Below the pieces are notes generated by a model. The model saw only the letters and a program-made list of their open reading frames with translations. It was not told where the DNA came from and did not search any database. From Macrostomum lignano (taxonomy: Eukaryota): a DNA stretch of 64,000 nt. The position numbers were made by a program, and so were the translations under genes. The stretch's first letter is position 1. Every line of letters begins with the position of its first letter. Location: NCBI GenBank assembly GCA_002269645.1, contig NIVC01003168.1, positions 1 through 64,000 on the forward strand, written 5' to 3'. Positions 38,528-53,400 of this stretch are shown here, one piece after another.

Positions 38528-39540
38528 CGAATAATCAGAGGGGAGCTATTTCGATATTTCAAAGTCTGAAGGGTTTTTCCTCGTTTTGATGCTCAACAAC
38601 TTGTTTCTGTTTGTTGTCAAGCAGTCAAATTTAACCGAGACGCAAGAATATTCTGACAGTGAGAAATATTAGACATCACCCGCTGTTCTCAAGTCCGGGT
38701 TGCGAATGAGTAGCATATATCGTGTATAAAGCTTATTTTTCAGACGGAGCGTTGCGTATTTCTCGGCGTGTTTATTAGAGGAGAGTTATTATTGAAAAAA
38801 ATAATTCACATATTAAAAAGTTAGCGCGATAAATAACAATAGCGAGGTGGGCGCTGAGGTGCCAGCGAGCCAGAGAGCTAAAAATAATGTGCCGATTTAT
38901 TGGAAAAAACATCCGGAAATTTCCTCAGGGTTTCAAGATTTTATTCTGATTGTTAATTATAAAATAACATCTCTTAGTGCTCTTGGATAGCGAAAATTAG
39001 TGGGGACAGACAGTTGCAATAATTAAAGACAGACTGCTCAGAAATCAGGCGAAAAATGGTTTAAAAATTATAGGCAAAAAGTCAACAACAAGCCAATAAA
39101 AGTTTTGAAGTCAGGATAGGCAATCTATAGAGAAACTATATGCACAGCCAATGGAGGGTTGGTCCTCAGATTTTGAGTAGATATTTTTGCGAGCTAAGGG
39201 AGATATCCGATAGTATGACTGCTATTAAGCATTGATACAGTAGTTAATAGTTATTCATAATATCGGTATAGTATAGGGTTTCAAGAGTACTTAAAAGTGC
39301 ACATGCACTTCAGCTAGACAAAGCAACAACATCGGAGACTAGCAGCTAAGGGTGCTTTGTTTTCGATTGTTACAAATTTGTAGCTCTGAAGCACTGCAGT
39401 TCTGTAGGAAATTTTGCTTCGATTGTCGGCGTTGGCGCCTCCTCCGAGACCTGCGGCGCTTCTGGACGTCTGCAACAGGGATGACTGCGCTTTCAGGTCC
39501 CATCTGCAGCCACTGATTCTCAGTTCTTAAGCAGCTCCTG

Positions 39541-41385
39541 CCTACCAGTGCACACACAGCTACCTACCAGAGCACACAACAGCTACCTACCAGAGCACAC
39601 AACAGCTACCTACCAGAGCACCCAACAGCTGCCTACCAGAGCAGCCAATAGCTACCTACCAGAGCACCCAACAGCTAACTACCAGAGCACTCAACAGCTG
39701 CCTACCAGAGCACTCAACAGCTGCCTACCAGAGCAGCCAACAGCTGCCTACCAGAACACCCAATAGCTGCCTACCAGAGCAGCCAACAGCTGCCTACCAG
39801 AGCAGCCAACAGCTGCCTACCAGAGCACTCAACAGCTGCCTACCAGAGCAGCCAACAGCTGCCTACCAGAACACCCAATAGCTGCCTACCAGAGCAGCCA
39901 ACAGCTGCCTACCAGAGCAGCCAACAGCTACCTACCAGAGCACTCAACAGCTACCTACCAGAGCACACAACAGCTGCCTACCAGAACACACAACAGCTAC
40001 CTACCAGAGCACCCAACCCAACAGCTACCTACCAGAACACACAACAGCTACCTACCAGAACACTCAACAGCTACCTACCAGAGCACCCAACAGCTGCCTA
40101 CCAGAACACACAACAGCTACCTACCAGAGCACCCAACAGCTGCCTACCAGAACACACAACAGCTGCCTACCAGAACACCCAATAGCTGCCTACCAGAGCA
40201 GCCAACAGCTGCCTACCAGAGCAGCCAACAGCTACCTACCAGAGCACTCAACAGCTACCTACCAGAGCACCCAACAGCTGCCTACCAGAACACACAACAG
40301 CTACCTACCAGAACACACAACAGCTACCTACCAGAGCAGCCAACAGCTGCCTACCAGAACACACAACAGCTGCCTACCAGAACACACAACAGCTACCTAC
40401 CAGAACACACAACAGCTACCTACCAGAACACACAACAGCTACCTACCAGAGCAGCCAACAGCTACCTACCAGAACACACAACAGCTGCCTACCAGAACAC
40501 ACAACAGCTACCTACCAGAACACACAACAGCTACCTACCAGAGCACACAACAGCTACCTACCAGAGCACACAACAGCTACCTACCAGAACACACAACAGC
40601 TACCTACCAGAGCACACAACAGCTACCTACCAGAGCACACAACAGCTACCTACCAGAGCACACAACAGCTGCCTACCAGAGCAGCCAACAGCTGCCTACC
40701 AGAACACACAACAGCTGCCTACCAGAGCAGCCAACAGCTGGCTACCAGAGCAGCCAACAGCTGCCTACCAGAGCACACAACAGCTACCTACCAGAACACA
40801 CAACAGCTACCTACCAGAGCACACAACAGCTACCTACCAGAGCACACAACAGCTACCTACCAGAGCACACAACAGCTACCTACCAGAGCACACAACAGCT
40901 GCCTACCAGAGCACACAACAGCTACCTACCAGAGCAGCCAACAGCTGCCTACCAGAGCACACAACAGCTACCTACCAGAGCACACAACAGCTACCTACCA
41001 GAGCAGCCAACAGCTGCCTACCAGAACACACAACAGCTGCCTACCAGAGCAGCCAACAGCTGCCTACCAGAGCAGCCAACAGCTGCCTACCAGAGCACAC
41101 AACAGCTACCTACCAGAACACACAACAGCTACCTACCAGAGCAGCCAACAGCTACCTACCAGAGCAGCCAACAGCTACCTACCAGAGCAGCCAACAGCTG
41201 CCTACCAGAACACACAACAGCTGCCTACCAGAGCAGCCAACAGCTGCCTACCAGAGCAGCCAACAGCTGCCTACCAGAGCACACAACAGCTACCTACCAG
41301 AACACACAACAGCTACCTACCAGAGCAGCCAACAGCTACCTACCAGAGCAGCCAACAGCTACCTACCAGAGCAGCCAACAGCTGG
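39541..41385. repeat. 23-bp tandem repeat (ACAGCTACCTACCAGAGCACACA), about 80 copies
   Basis: Directly visible array; lies in the putative 3' UTR intron of the RP1-like gene. Confidence 0.97.
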
Positions 41386-41430
41386 TACCTATCTAGAATA
41401 AAGCACACAAAACGAGTCCAGCAGCTTACC

Positions 41431-44400
41431 TCAGTTTTCAGCCTGAGGCGGCCCGTTGCCTGAAACAAGTTGTGGTCAGGGAGGAAAATTCGAATATTAT
41501 TTAAGCTTATGAACTGGTCAAATTGCTGTTAGTAGAAATGGTGAGACTACATTAAAAACTAATTCAAGATGAGTCTAATTCGAGCTATTTTACTCAGTCT
41601 TCAGGTAAGACAACAATAAGCATAATTTAAAAGATTACGGAAAGGTTTAACATAAATGTCCCTCGTGCAGTTTGTGCAAAATTTGTGTCAAAACTTGTAC
41701 TAAAATGGAGAGCACAGTTTAGGTTAGGGTTTAGGATTAGGGTTTAGGTTAGGTTTAGGTTTGTCAGTCAGACTGTGATAGACCCGCTAATATTAGTGCG
41801 TTGTCAAAATGATAATCATCTTACTGCTTCTACTGTTAGTAACCACATGCAGATTTTATTGTAGTTTTTTTCAACGTTTAGATTTTTCAGTAGTTTATGC
41901 ACAATGTACTTTAATTTGAATTCTAATTGTTAAAACAACACGCTGGAACTTTGTGACGATGAGGCATTAGTAACGCTTAGGAGGCTGGCCAATTCTACCT
42001 TCGGCATCGTGCAACTCCTGGACTCGTCTGGCCGCCTGCTCGGCGATGTCATCGATCAGTGCTTTGGCTGCAATCCGTAGGTTGATAGCGCTCTGCTTTA
42101 TCGCGAGGATAATCTGCTAATCCAGCTGCTAAGCTACTGGAATCGTGAGATTATGTGACAGGTGAAGCAAGAGGAAGAGGCCTGCGTTCCAAATCAGTCC
42201 AAATCATAAAGAATTTCGGCATGCAGCTAAGCACAGCTTCTAACACTGTCTAAAGAATTGGATAGCGAGCTGCATCATTCAAAAACCAAACTTTTTAGGT
42301 TGACCCGCAAAATCTTACTTTGAATTTGAAGAGACTCAAATCCAGCGTCCATCGTAAATCACATTCCTGCACCCTACCCAGTCTAGTAATAATCTATAGC
42401 ACCCCACATCACTCCTGCTCGCACAATAATCTATAGCACACACCTCACTCCTGCCCGCACAATAATCTATAGCACCCACGTCACTCCTGCCCGCACAATA
42501 ATCTATAGCACCCACCTCACTCCTGCCCGCTCAATAATCTATAGCACCCACCTCACTCCTGCCCGCACAATAAACTAAAAGCACCCACCTCACTCCTGCC
42601 CGCACAATAATCTATAGCACCCACCTCACTCCTGCCCACACAATAATCTAAAAGCACCCACCTCACTCCTGCCCGCACAATAATCTATAGCACCCACCTC
42701 ACTCCTGCCCACACAATAATCTAAAAGCACCCACCTCACTCCTGACTGCACAATAATCTATAGCATCCACCTCAGTTCTCTCTAATATCCATCTAATTCC
42801 TACCCCATCTAGTGACCAACTTTCTCCCATGTCTAAGAAGCAGTTCAACTGTTTAAAAAATATCCAGGACTTTTCACTCATAGGGAGGGGTAGCTACCGC
42901 CGAAGTTTAATAACTATTCAATGAATGGGCGATGTTCAAGCGTATTTAAGTATTTTTAAGAACACGACAATTCCAAAATAGAAAGGAAACGTGAGACTGA
43001 GTGCATTTCAAATTGAATTTCAGCAAGCTACTTTAAGACACCACGTGAGCTAATAGATGTGTGCAGAAGTGACAGGACAAACCTTTGGCCTCTGCAATGA
43101 ATAATTTTGATGGGTTGCATGATTTAGCACGATAACATGTATTATTTATAGATTGATCTGACATTTTAGCACTACAACTATACCTTGTACAGAACCGCAA
43201 ATATGAGTCTGAACTACCTGGTTAAATAGCTGCATAGCGTGTTAGAATCACTAACTAATTTTAATTTTTTTACATATCCACTTCACTCCACACTTTCGTC
43301 ACTCCACAACCACGTCACTCCACACCCATCCACACCACGTCACTCCACACCCGCGTCACTCCACACTCAGGTCACTCCACACCCAATTCACTCCACACCC
43401 GCGTCACTCCACACCCGTGTCACTCTACAAGCAGGTAAATCCACACCCACGTCACTCCACACCCGTGTCACTCCACAAGCAGGTAAATCCACACCCACGT
43501 CACTCCACACCTGCGTCACTCCACAAGCAGGTAAATCCACACCCACGTCACTCCACACCTGCGTCACTCCACAAGCAGGTAAATCCCCACCCACGTCACT
43601 ACACACCCACGTCACTCCACACCCACGTCACTCCACAAGCAGGTAAGTCCACACCCACGTGACTCCTCGAACACTTTACTTTAGACCCATATTATTCAAG
43701 GGGGGGCCGTAGCCCAGCGGTAGCGCAGCTGCTCTGGTGTGCCGCGACCCAGGCTCGATTCCAAGTGCAGCCACATTAATTTGGGGCTGGATTGGAATCT
43801 TGGCTTGGCTCGCTTGTGCAATTAACGGCCTTGAGAGCCAACCCCCCCCCCAAGGCGCAGTGAAGTGTACATGCCTAACAATAAATAAAGTTAGGGCCGC
43901 TGTACACTCCTGTGTGAGTGTGTGCCTGCGTAACGTATCCGCGCGCTTGTATGCCTGCTCAGGGGAATCGGCGGAATGGGCAGTAATGCCTCTCGCCGGT
44001 TGTGTGCCTATGTCGCTTAAATTGCGCCAGGGTGCACACAACCCCCCTGCCTCTAAAAAAAAAGACCCATATTATTCCATAAATCTGTACATAACGAATC
44101 TTTAAAATGCAAGCATTAGAGGCAGGTAAATTATATGTTATTTTCATGTATGCAGCTAGCTCTATGCGCATACGGTATTCGGGCAGTAGTAGCAGCAGAT
44201 TATTAGCTTTTAATTCTAAGAGTGACTGTTAATGTTGCTATTGCATTGTTCCATCACCCCGGTTACCATAGGCATCGAGCAAGTCTCGGAAAGTTCGTGT
44301 CGATGATTGGTTAATCAGCAGCTGCTGATCTGAAGTTCATCAAATTTTTGTAACTATGCAATTAAATTTTCTGTCGATTTCAGAGACTCTTGTCACTTTC

Positions 44401-47400
44401 AAGGCCATCAAATTGTTCTGAAGCTTTTCACTCTATGCATTTCTATGCTGTTAACAGAAAATAACCTCAACGTACCGTCTTCCTCGTATTGCTTGTTGTC
44501 TTCATCCTCCGTCAGGTTTTCTGCAACATGGTTTCGGGGAAAAGTACACATCAGTTTGTGTCAACTGACGACGCCGGCTACAGGACAGAACGAGACAAGC
44601 AAAATGAAACGGCAAGCGCAGAAGCTTCTGACAAACAAATATAAACAAAGTTTAAATGGATCTACATCTTTTCATTAATTACATTCGTTCATTCTTGATG
44701 AAGAATAATTAGTTTTTTGCAAAACTGTACTTCTGATTTGAATGTTTGCGTATTTTCCTGCGTAATATTCAACTATTTTTACTGAAAGTAGAGTAGCAAG
44801 AAAATTCCAGTCGGTCTGTCAGATTTTCGAGACAGCAATTTTTGACAGCTATTTTATGAACTGAGGCTGACTGAGAGATAAGAGAGAAACTAGAGAAAAG
44901 TTGAGACAGTAATAGAAAGTACGAGTAAGACAAAGGAGAATTTGTTGTTTTTTATGAACCAAAGCATAAGTAATGGCATTTTAACACCTAAGAATTCAAC
45001 TACTCAGTCGAATTGTACATGCATATTTTACGTAAGTTCTTTGTTACGCACAGAATTTATATGTACATCACACATAATCAACAGGTAAAACACAGGAGTG
45101 TACATTTCATGCCAATGTCTAATGTGCATGGCTAAAGCTTAGTATGCGTTCATCACTGAGCTTATTAGGAAGCTTGACTAGCTCTGGCTAGGAGGCGTTT
45201 CTATTTTTAGCTCAAATGTACATGGGCTGCATGGGGCACGAACAGCTCTCTAGGGGGAGCTGGTGTACATTTACAGATCAGAGTTGCGCAACCTGACACT
45301 GAGTGCGCAGCTGTCGTGCTGGGAATGCTATAAATAATCTAATGAGCCTCAGCTCCGTTAGGAAGCTAGCGGGGCCAGGCAAGGACAAGCGGCCGAGCTC
45401 TTCTCCCGCAGGTGTTCACCTGGCAGTTCATTCTGCAATTCCAGCACGGCTGCTGACACCGCCTCAACCACCAGTCTTGAGGTGGCCTGAGAGACGTCTG
45501 CGAAGAGGAAAAAAGTGAACAGGGAATTCGTGGCTTGAGGCTTCATCAAGGGAGCCTAATCCCCATGATTCCAAGGCTGCACTCAAGAGTGAGAACATTT
45601 TAATTAAACCGATATCCGAAAGCATGCATCCGCTAGTGAAGGATGCAACTATCGAAAGCTTGAGTTGGCTGAGCTTCCGTGCTAAGTTGATTGAGGTAGT
45701 AAAAAGATTAAGCATGTCACATAATTAATAGGTTAATTGACTTTTTACTTCTCGTACTCTTTAAATGGATGGCGGCTGTTGCTGTAAATCATCGCAATGA
45801 GATGCAGGTGGAACACATTCTTTAGAAACGTCTTTGGAAACATATTCTTTGCGACAAAAGAACTGCGATCAAAGACAGGGGCTTGGCCAATCAACTACAG
45901 GGCTAGAGGGTTGGCAGCCCCAAGCACAGCTCCCAAATACAGGGCTAGAGGGCTGGCAGCCCCAAACACAGCTCCCAAATACAGGGCTAGAAGGCTGGCA
46001 GCCCGAAGCACAGCTCCCAAATACAGGGCTAGAGGGTTGGCAGCCCCAAACACAGCTCCCAAATACAGGGCTAGAGGGTTGGCAGCCCCAAGCACAGCTC
46101 CCAAATACAGGGCTAGAGGGCTGGCAGCCCCAAACACAGCTCCCAAATACAGGGCTAGAAGGCTGGCAGCCCCAAGCACAGCTCCCAAATACAGGGCTAG
46201 AGGGTTGGCAGCCCCAAACACAGCTCCCAAATACAGGGCTAGAGGGTTGGCAGCCCCAAGCACAGCTCCCAAATACAGGGCTATAGGGTTGGCAGCCCCA
46301 AGCACAGCTCCCAAATACAGGGCTAGAGGGCTGGCAACCCCAAGCACAGCTCCCAAATACAGGGCTAGAGGGTTGGCAGCCCCAAGCACAGCTCCCAAAT
46401 ACAGGGCTAGAGGGTTGGCAGCCCCAAGCACAGCTCCCAAATACAGGGCTAGAGGGCTGGCAGCCCCAAGCACAGCTCCCAAATACAGGGCTAGAGGGCT
46501 GGCAGCCCCAAGCACAGCTCCCAAATACAGGGCTAGAGGGCTGGCAACCCCAAGCACAGCTCCCAAATACAGGGCTAGAGGGTTGGCAGCCCCAAGCACA
46601 GCTCCCAAATACAGGGCTAGAGGGCTGGCAACCCCAAGCACAGCTCCCAAATACAGGGCTAGAGGGCTGGCAGCCCCAAGCACAGCTCCCAAATACAGGG
46701 CTAGAGGGTTGGCAGCCCCAAGCACAGCTCCCAAATACAGGGCTAGAGGGCTGGCAGCCCCAGACGCTTTACTCTACGAATTTCACTAACATGAATGACG
46801 GGAACTGCTTGAAATATTTCTAGAGATATGCTTTGCTATCTTTGACAGTTAAGTTACTACCAGCAAAGAGAATGAATAACCAGTCACTCATGTAGTTTAA
46901 GCAGATATATTAAGATTTTAAAGCATTTTTCTACTGTCACTACTGGTACCAAGTAGTATGGAAAGCAAACAACACGCATCGTATATAAATATTAGTTCTA
47001 AATGAACAAGCCCAGGTCCCCTCTGAGTCCCCGAGTTCGCCCTATTCTAGCAAAATTACCCAGCTCTTTCTCTTCTGTATCAGCAAACTCTGCAACAGAA
47101 AGCAGACAGTGAGAGTGAAAATCTGCAAGACCTTTTAGCTATAAATAGCTTTTGCAGAAGTGACGTCAGTTCCTGCACTCACCGTCCAATCGAAGCAGGC
47201 GCTCGGTTTTGCCGTCGCCATGGCCGGGATCCAGCCAGCTGCCGCAGGCGAAAACCGCCTGCTGGCCGTTCGGCTGCGTCACCATCAGGCCGTCGCAGTG
47301 CCAGCCGGCGCCAGCGGTGGCCGCCTCGGCCGCTACGAGGCACTGCTTCAGCTGGCCCAGGTCCACCGCCGAGATGCTGAACTCGCCGATCTTCAATTGA

Positions 47401-50400
47401 AAGGAGGGAAAACATGTAATATAAATTTTCCCACGAGGGCGACATCATGCCGCATGCCAATGGTGAGGCAATTCTGCGCATTCCGCTAACTCCTCGGCAC
47501 ATACAAGCGCGCTCACACAGGGTGTACAGCGGGCCTTAACTTTCTAATGGTCAGGCATGTACACTCTCTGTGCCTTGGGGGTTGAGAGTGTGGCTAACCA
47601 GGGGTCGTGGCACGGAAGCTACTTTGCCATCCCGATTTCAAATGCTTATTGTATTCTGTGCTAAAAATAGCGATTAGTCTTTTAATAGATTCACCAATGA
47701 TACAGTTTCCAAAACAGAATATTAACGAATCAGTCTTCACTAGTGATTGGTTGCGTTCTAAAGTTAAATGTCAGAATTTTGAATGGATTCTCCTTTAGCC
47801 GTCGCTAAAAGTAGAAACACATGGGGGTAGGTGTACAAGTGATACGTACAAATGACCCAGGATTGGTCACGTGACTGTCCATTCTAAAAATAGAAACAGA
47901 AACAAATAGGGCGGTGTACAAATGATACGTGACCTGGGATTAGTCAAGTGACTGCCCAATTCTAAAAATAGAAAAATAACAAATGTACAATCAAAATGCT
48001 AAGCAAAAAAAGCGATTCATTTCTCCGTTATTTGCTCTCTCCCATGTCACCATCTCGGGCATCCAGTCACGATCACTCACATCTCCCGCCGCCATCGGGC
48101 CCAGCTCGTAGCAGGGCCGCCTGCCGGAGTCGCCCCGCTCGCCGATCAGGCAGACGGACACGGGGCCCTGGAACGGCTGGGCCTGCTCGGACCCGGTGGC
48201 CACCTGCACAGTGTAGCGGAGCACCTCCAGTCCTGAGTCTGGAGTCGGGAACTCAGCCGCGGTCTCCAGACCTTCGCCGAGACCCAGTCGGCACCGGCCG
48301 ATCTGGAAGTCGATGTCGGTCTCCGGTCGGCTCAGCACCAGCTGGCTGATGGACCAGGTCGGCGGTTCGGCCATCTCCGGCCACGGCTTCAGCTCCAGAC
48401 GCAGCTTGTACAGCGGCCCGGCGTCCTTCAGCTCGATCTTGAACTCGTCCTGCGTGGCAGCGCTGAAGGCACCGCCGCCGGCCGAGCCGAGCATGATTGG
48501 CCCGACAGACTTCTGTTCGCCGTAGGCTGTCAAGCTGACGTCGGCGCCGACGCACGGCTCCTCGGTGTCGATGCGCAACAGCCAATCGTGCGGCTCCTTC
48601 AGGCTGGCCCGGCTCGTGTCTGGCGGCTCCTCCTTCGGCTGCGGCGGCTCCTCTGGCTGCTTATTTGCTTGCTGCTTTTGCTTCTGCACTGGCTGTGGCT
48701 TCGACAGCACCGGCTGCGGTGGCGGAGGCTTCTTCTGCTGCTGCGGCTGCGGCTGCGGCGGCTGCGGCAGGCGGGACTTCGGCTTGCCAACTGAATGAAC
48801 AGCGGGTGGTGGAGTTGCGGGAAGTGCAAGTCACGTGATTAGCGGGTGAAGTTGGTCAATGGAAGGAAGGGGTAGGGAAGAGAGAAACACATAGGCAGGG
48901 TCAGGGGCCGTTATGTAGAAAACAATAGACTGCTCTGCGATATCCTTGTTGTTGCGCATGCTTGAGTGAGGCCAGCATATCTGAATTCTTCTGGTTGTGA
49001 GACACAATAGAATGCGAAATGAAAGCCGGAGAGTAGAGCTTAAATCATTCTCCGTCTTCCATACGCTGTCTGATCGTTTTATCTCAACCTCCCAGTCATT
49101 GGGTCCACTTCCTATACTGTAGCCGGGAAGTACAACCCAGCACTTCTCAGTTCCTGTCCTGGCCTATTGTGCCGGTCAATGGTAAAAATTCAGGTAAGAA
49201 ACAAGAGCGAAATGCATTTTCGGTGAATAGGGTCGCAGATTTGAGGGTACTAGAATTATCTGTCTCACCTGATTATTTGGAATTTGTAACTGAAATTTGT
49301 ATCTTTGCCCCTATTCTAATCCCCCCCCATTCACCAGTGAATCATCCACTTTCCCATTCACTGGTGAATCATCCGCTCCCTATTCACCAGTGAATCATCC
49401 GCTCCCTATTCACCAGTGAATCATCCGCTCCCTATTCACCAGTGAATCATCCGCTCCCTATTCACCAGTGAATCATCCGCTCCCTATTCACCAGTGAATC
49501 ATCCGCTCCCTATTCACTGGTGAATCATCCGCTCCCCCATTCACTCCCCATTCCTGCCAGACTTACACGTCACCACCTCAACAAAGAACCTGGCGGGAGT
49601 CGCCGTCCCGCTGTCCTCATTGTCGGCCACGGCCGCTCTGCCGTCCGGGGTCAGGCCCACAAAGCTGCCCGGCTGCCTGACGCTCTCCAGGGTAGCTGTG
49701 CCCTCCGCCTTCTGCCGGGCAACCCGGAAGTAGCAGGCCACGTCGCCAGTTCCCTGAATGACGGTCGGGAAATAAAATGAATCAAAGCGGAGTAACCTTA
49801 GCTGGCAATCGAGGCGGACTGAAGAGGGCCAGCTCACCCTGCAGTCGATGACGCCGTCCTTTAGACGCAGAAACTGATCGGGGAACACGACGGACTCGAA
49901 CAGCCGCACGCTTCCACCGCCGCCGCCGCTGCCATCGTCGTCTTCGTCGCCAGCCGTGTCGTCGGGGTCGTCTTCGCCAGTCGGGCGCCACACGCGGAAC
50001 TGCGCCATGGGGCCGCGGCCGCCGGCGCCGTGCACGCTGTTGTCGTGGTCCAGCGACAGCGCCTGGGTGGCGGAGCAGCCCAGCATCACGACGCCACCGT
50101 CGCGCAGGGCGCCTCGGCAGTGCGGCGCCAGCAGCCGCGCCGGCCCGTCTGACGGGGCGCCCTTCCACTGGCGCGGATCAACGGGGTGACCGTCGGCGGC
50201 GAAGCCGACGAACAGCAGCGGGGCGCGCGCCGCCTCCAGGGACACCGCGGCCAGGGACGGCGGGTGGGCGCGGACTCGAAATTCGGTCTGGGGACTCGGC
50301 TTGGCCTGCGGAGCGCAGGGGAAGGAGCTGATCGGGATTCCGCTGGCTACCCTGGCATCCCCAACTGTCTACCCTGGCATCCCCAACTGTCTACCCTGGC

Positions 50401-53400
50401 ATCCCCAACTGTCTACCCTGGCATCCCCAACTGTCTACTCTGACATCCCCAACTGTCTACCCTGGCATCCCCAACTGTCTACCCTGGCATCCCCAACTGT
50501 CTATAATTTCAGGGTTCTGAGATAAAGCCTATATACCAATTTCCTATCTAAGGGCTTCCCAAATATGGAAGCATGGAACTTGAGTGCAACGTTAAATGCC
50601 AAGCGGAAGGCTTTGCTTAATCCCATGGGAGATTAGCGACAAGCTCAGAAGCTAATCCCTCACGCTGCCGGGAACGGATGCAGAAACTTTTCGAACTGCA
50701 GAACTGGCATCGCTAATCTGCACCGAATGCTCGGATGGTCAGGAAAGTATTGAGGCTGTTCAGGTACATTTCTGTCTGAGCAGTGGGCAAATCTCAGTGT
50801 TCTCATCCTTAGTTTTTCTCCCCCTGCACGACCGGCAGCTTACAGGAATTCGAGCTCCAGCCACGGCTCGGATATTGATGAGGTGAAAGGGACTGAAAGA
50901 TGGAAGGGGATAATGACGCTGCGGCAGGATTGCTCCCCTTGTCAGCTCTCTCCTCTTCTCCCTGCCTCTTCTCAACTCAGTCGGACACAGCAGATCGCTC
51001 AGTCTGGGGAGGGCGCCACAGAATTGAGAACTGCTCTCTGCCGAGTACATTCGAGTAGAGCTCAGTGTAAGCAGTCCTGATTGGCAGTTAGTAATTGCTT
51101 TGAGCAGGTGCTTCTGTGCTCAATCGTTTGTGACGTAAATTGAGCAAGACAGGAGCATCGCGCCTGGTCGGCTCGTGAGGAATTCTCACTGCGCGTTTGA
51201 AAACTTGCCTGACACCGCGTCTATTTGTGGTGTACTTTTCAATCATTAAGGCTTTAATTAGTCAATAAAACATATTGAGTTTCCAATTAGAGCTCTCTAG
51301 GCGACTTAATTACAGCTCTGGGCTTCGGGATGTTAAGATTTTGCCGGGAGTTTCTTTGTTTTCGCGCACGGATGCTGCATTGAGTGGCTCCTTCATCGCG
51401 AAAACAGCTTTAGACAGTTGCAAGTTGTCAATTTTGCAGCCTCAAAGCTACGATGGTCAGGCGCTGAGAAAGTGTACACAGCCAATGTCTCACCTGGCCA
51501 ACAATTTGTCCACCGTCGATGGCGAGGTAGCTGCGCTGGCCAGAGCCAGTGTCCGCTCGGAGGGTCCGCAGCGAGTCTTTCTTGCCGCCGACTGTGAAGA
51601 ATGCTGCGGTGGTGGGTAGGCCAATTGATAATGTGTCTCAGCCAATTGATAATGTGTCTCAGCCAATTGATAATGTGTCTCTGCCAATTGATAATGTGTC
51701 TCAGCCCAATAATAATGTGTCTCAGCCAATTGATAATGTGTCTCAGCCAATTGATAATGTGTCTCTGCCAATTGATAATGTGTCTCAGCCAATTGATAAT
51801 GTGTCTCTGCCAATTGATAATGTGTCTCAGCCTAATAATAATGTGTCTCAGCCAATTGATAATGTGTCTATGCCAATTGATAATGTGTCTCTGCCAATTG
51901 ATAATGTGTCTCTGCCAATTGATAATGTGTCTCTGCCAATTGATAATGTGTCTCTGCCAATTGATAATGTGTCTCTGCCAATTGATAATGTGTCTCAGCC
52001 TATTAATAATGTGTCTCTGCCAATTGATAATGTGTCTCTGCCAATTGATAATGTGTCTATGCCAATTGATAATGTGTCTCAGCCTATTAATAATGTGTCT
52101 CTGCCAATTGATCATGTGTCTCAGCCAATTGATAATGTACGCAGTCATGCGTACAGGCACACACTCACACAGGAGTGTACAGCGGCCCTAACTTTATTTA
52201 TCGTTAGGCATGTACACTTCACTGCGCCTTGGGGGTTGGCCCTCAATGGCGTTAATTGCACAAGCAGAGCCAAGCCACGATTTCAATTTAGCCCCAAATT
52301 AATGTGACTGCACTTGGAATCGAGCCTGGGCCGCTGGGACATCAGAGCGCCGGGCTAAACTACTGATTGTTCACTGATTGTTCACAGCTAATCGGTCACT
52401 GATTGTTCACAGCTAATCGGTCACTGATTGTTCACAGCTAATCGGTCACTGATTGTTCACAGCTAATCGGTCACTGATTGTTCACAGCTAATCGGTCACT
52501 GATTGTTCACAGCTAATCGGTCACTGATTGTTCACAGCTAATCGGTCACTGATTGGTCACAGCTAATCGGTCACTGATTGTTCACGGCTAATCGGTCACT
52601 GATTGTTCACAGCTAATCGGTCACTGATTGTTCACAGCTAATCGATCACTGATTGGGTCACAGCTAATCGATCACTGATTGTTCACAGCTAATCGGTCAC
52701 TGATTGGTCACAGCTAATCGGTCACTGATTGGTCACAGCTAATTGTTCGCAATGTGTCGAAAATGAATAATCGCTCACAGCTCGGGTCCGAGTCCTCGGC
52801 CGACGCGTCCACGCTGTTGTCCGAATTGATGCGGACCGGCCGGCCAGTCACCCGGCTGTACAGCTGGATGACGGTGTCCGGTTGGAACAGCCAGGCCAGG
52901 GACTGCCAGGCCAGCTTCTCCAGTGGATCCAGCGGAAGTTCCGGTTGCTGTTTTTGCTGCTGTTGCTGCTGCTCCTGCGGCCGCAGCTCCCGGGTGGTCT
53001 TGCCGTCCTCTTCGGCCTCGTCCAGCCACCTTTGCAGGTGACATTGGGAAAAGGGGTTGCCCGAATGTGCGCACTGAGTGTGCATTCTACGAGTAAATGT
53101 ACACCGAAATGTACATTATAGAAGTAAATGTACATTCTAAGTGTAAATGTACATTCTAAGCGCAAATGTACATTCTAAAAGTAAATTTATATTCTAAGAG
53201 CAGATGTACATTCTAAGAGCAGATTTGCATTATACTCATAAGAGCAAATGTACATTCTAAGAGCAAATGTACATTCTAAGAGCAAATGTACATTCTAAGA
53301 GCAAATGTACATTCTAAGAGCAAATGTACATTCTAAGAGCAGATTTGCATTATACTCATAAGAGCAAATGTACATTCTAAGAGCAAATGTACATTCTAAG

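Noticed and set aside
43698-43775. tRNA gene
   Set aside because: The A and B boxes are present, but there is no clean cloverleaf and the sequence continues into a SINE body with an A-tail and TSD.
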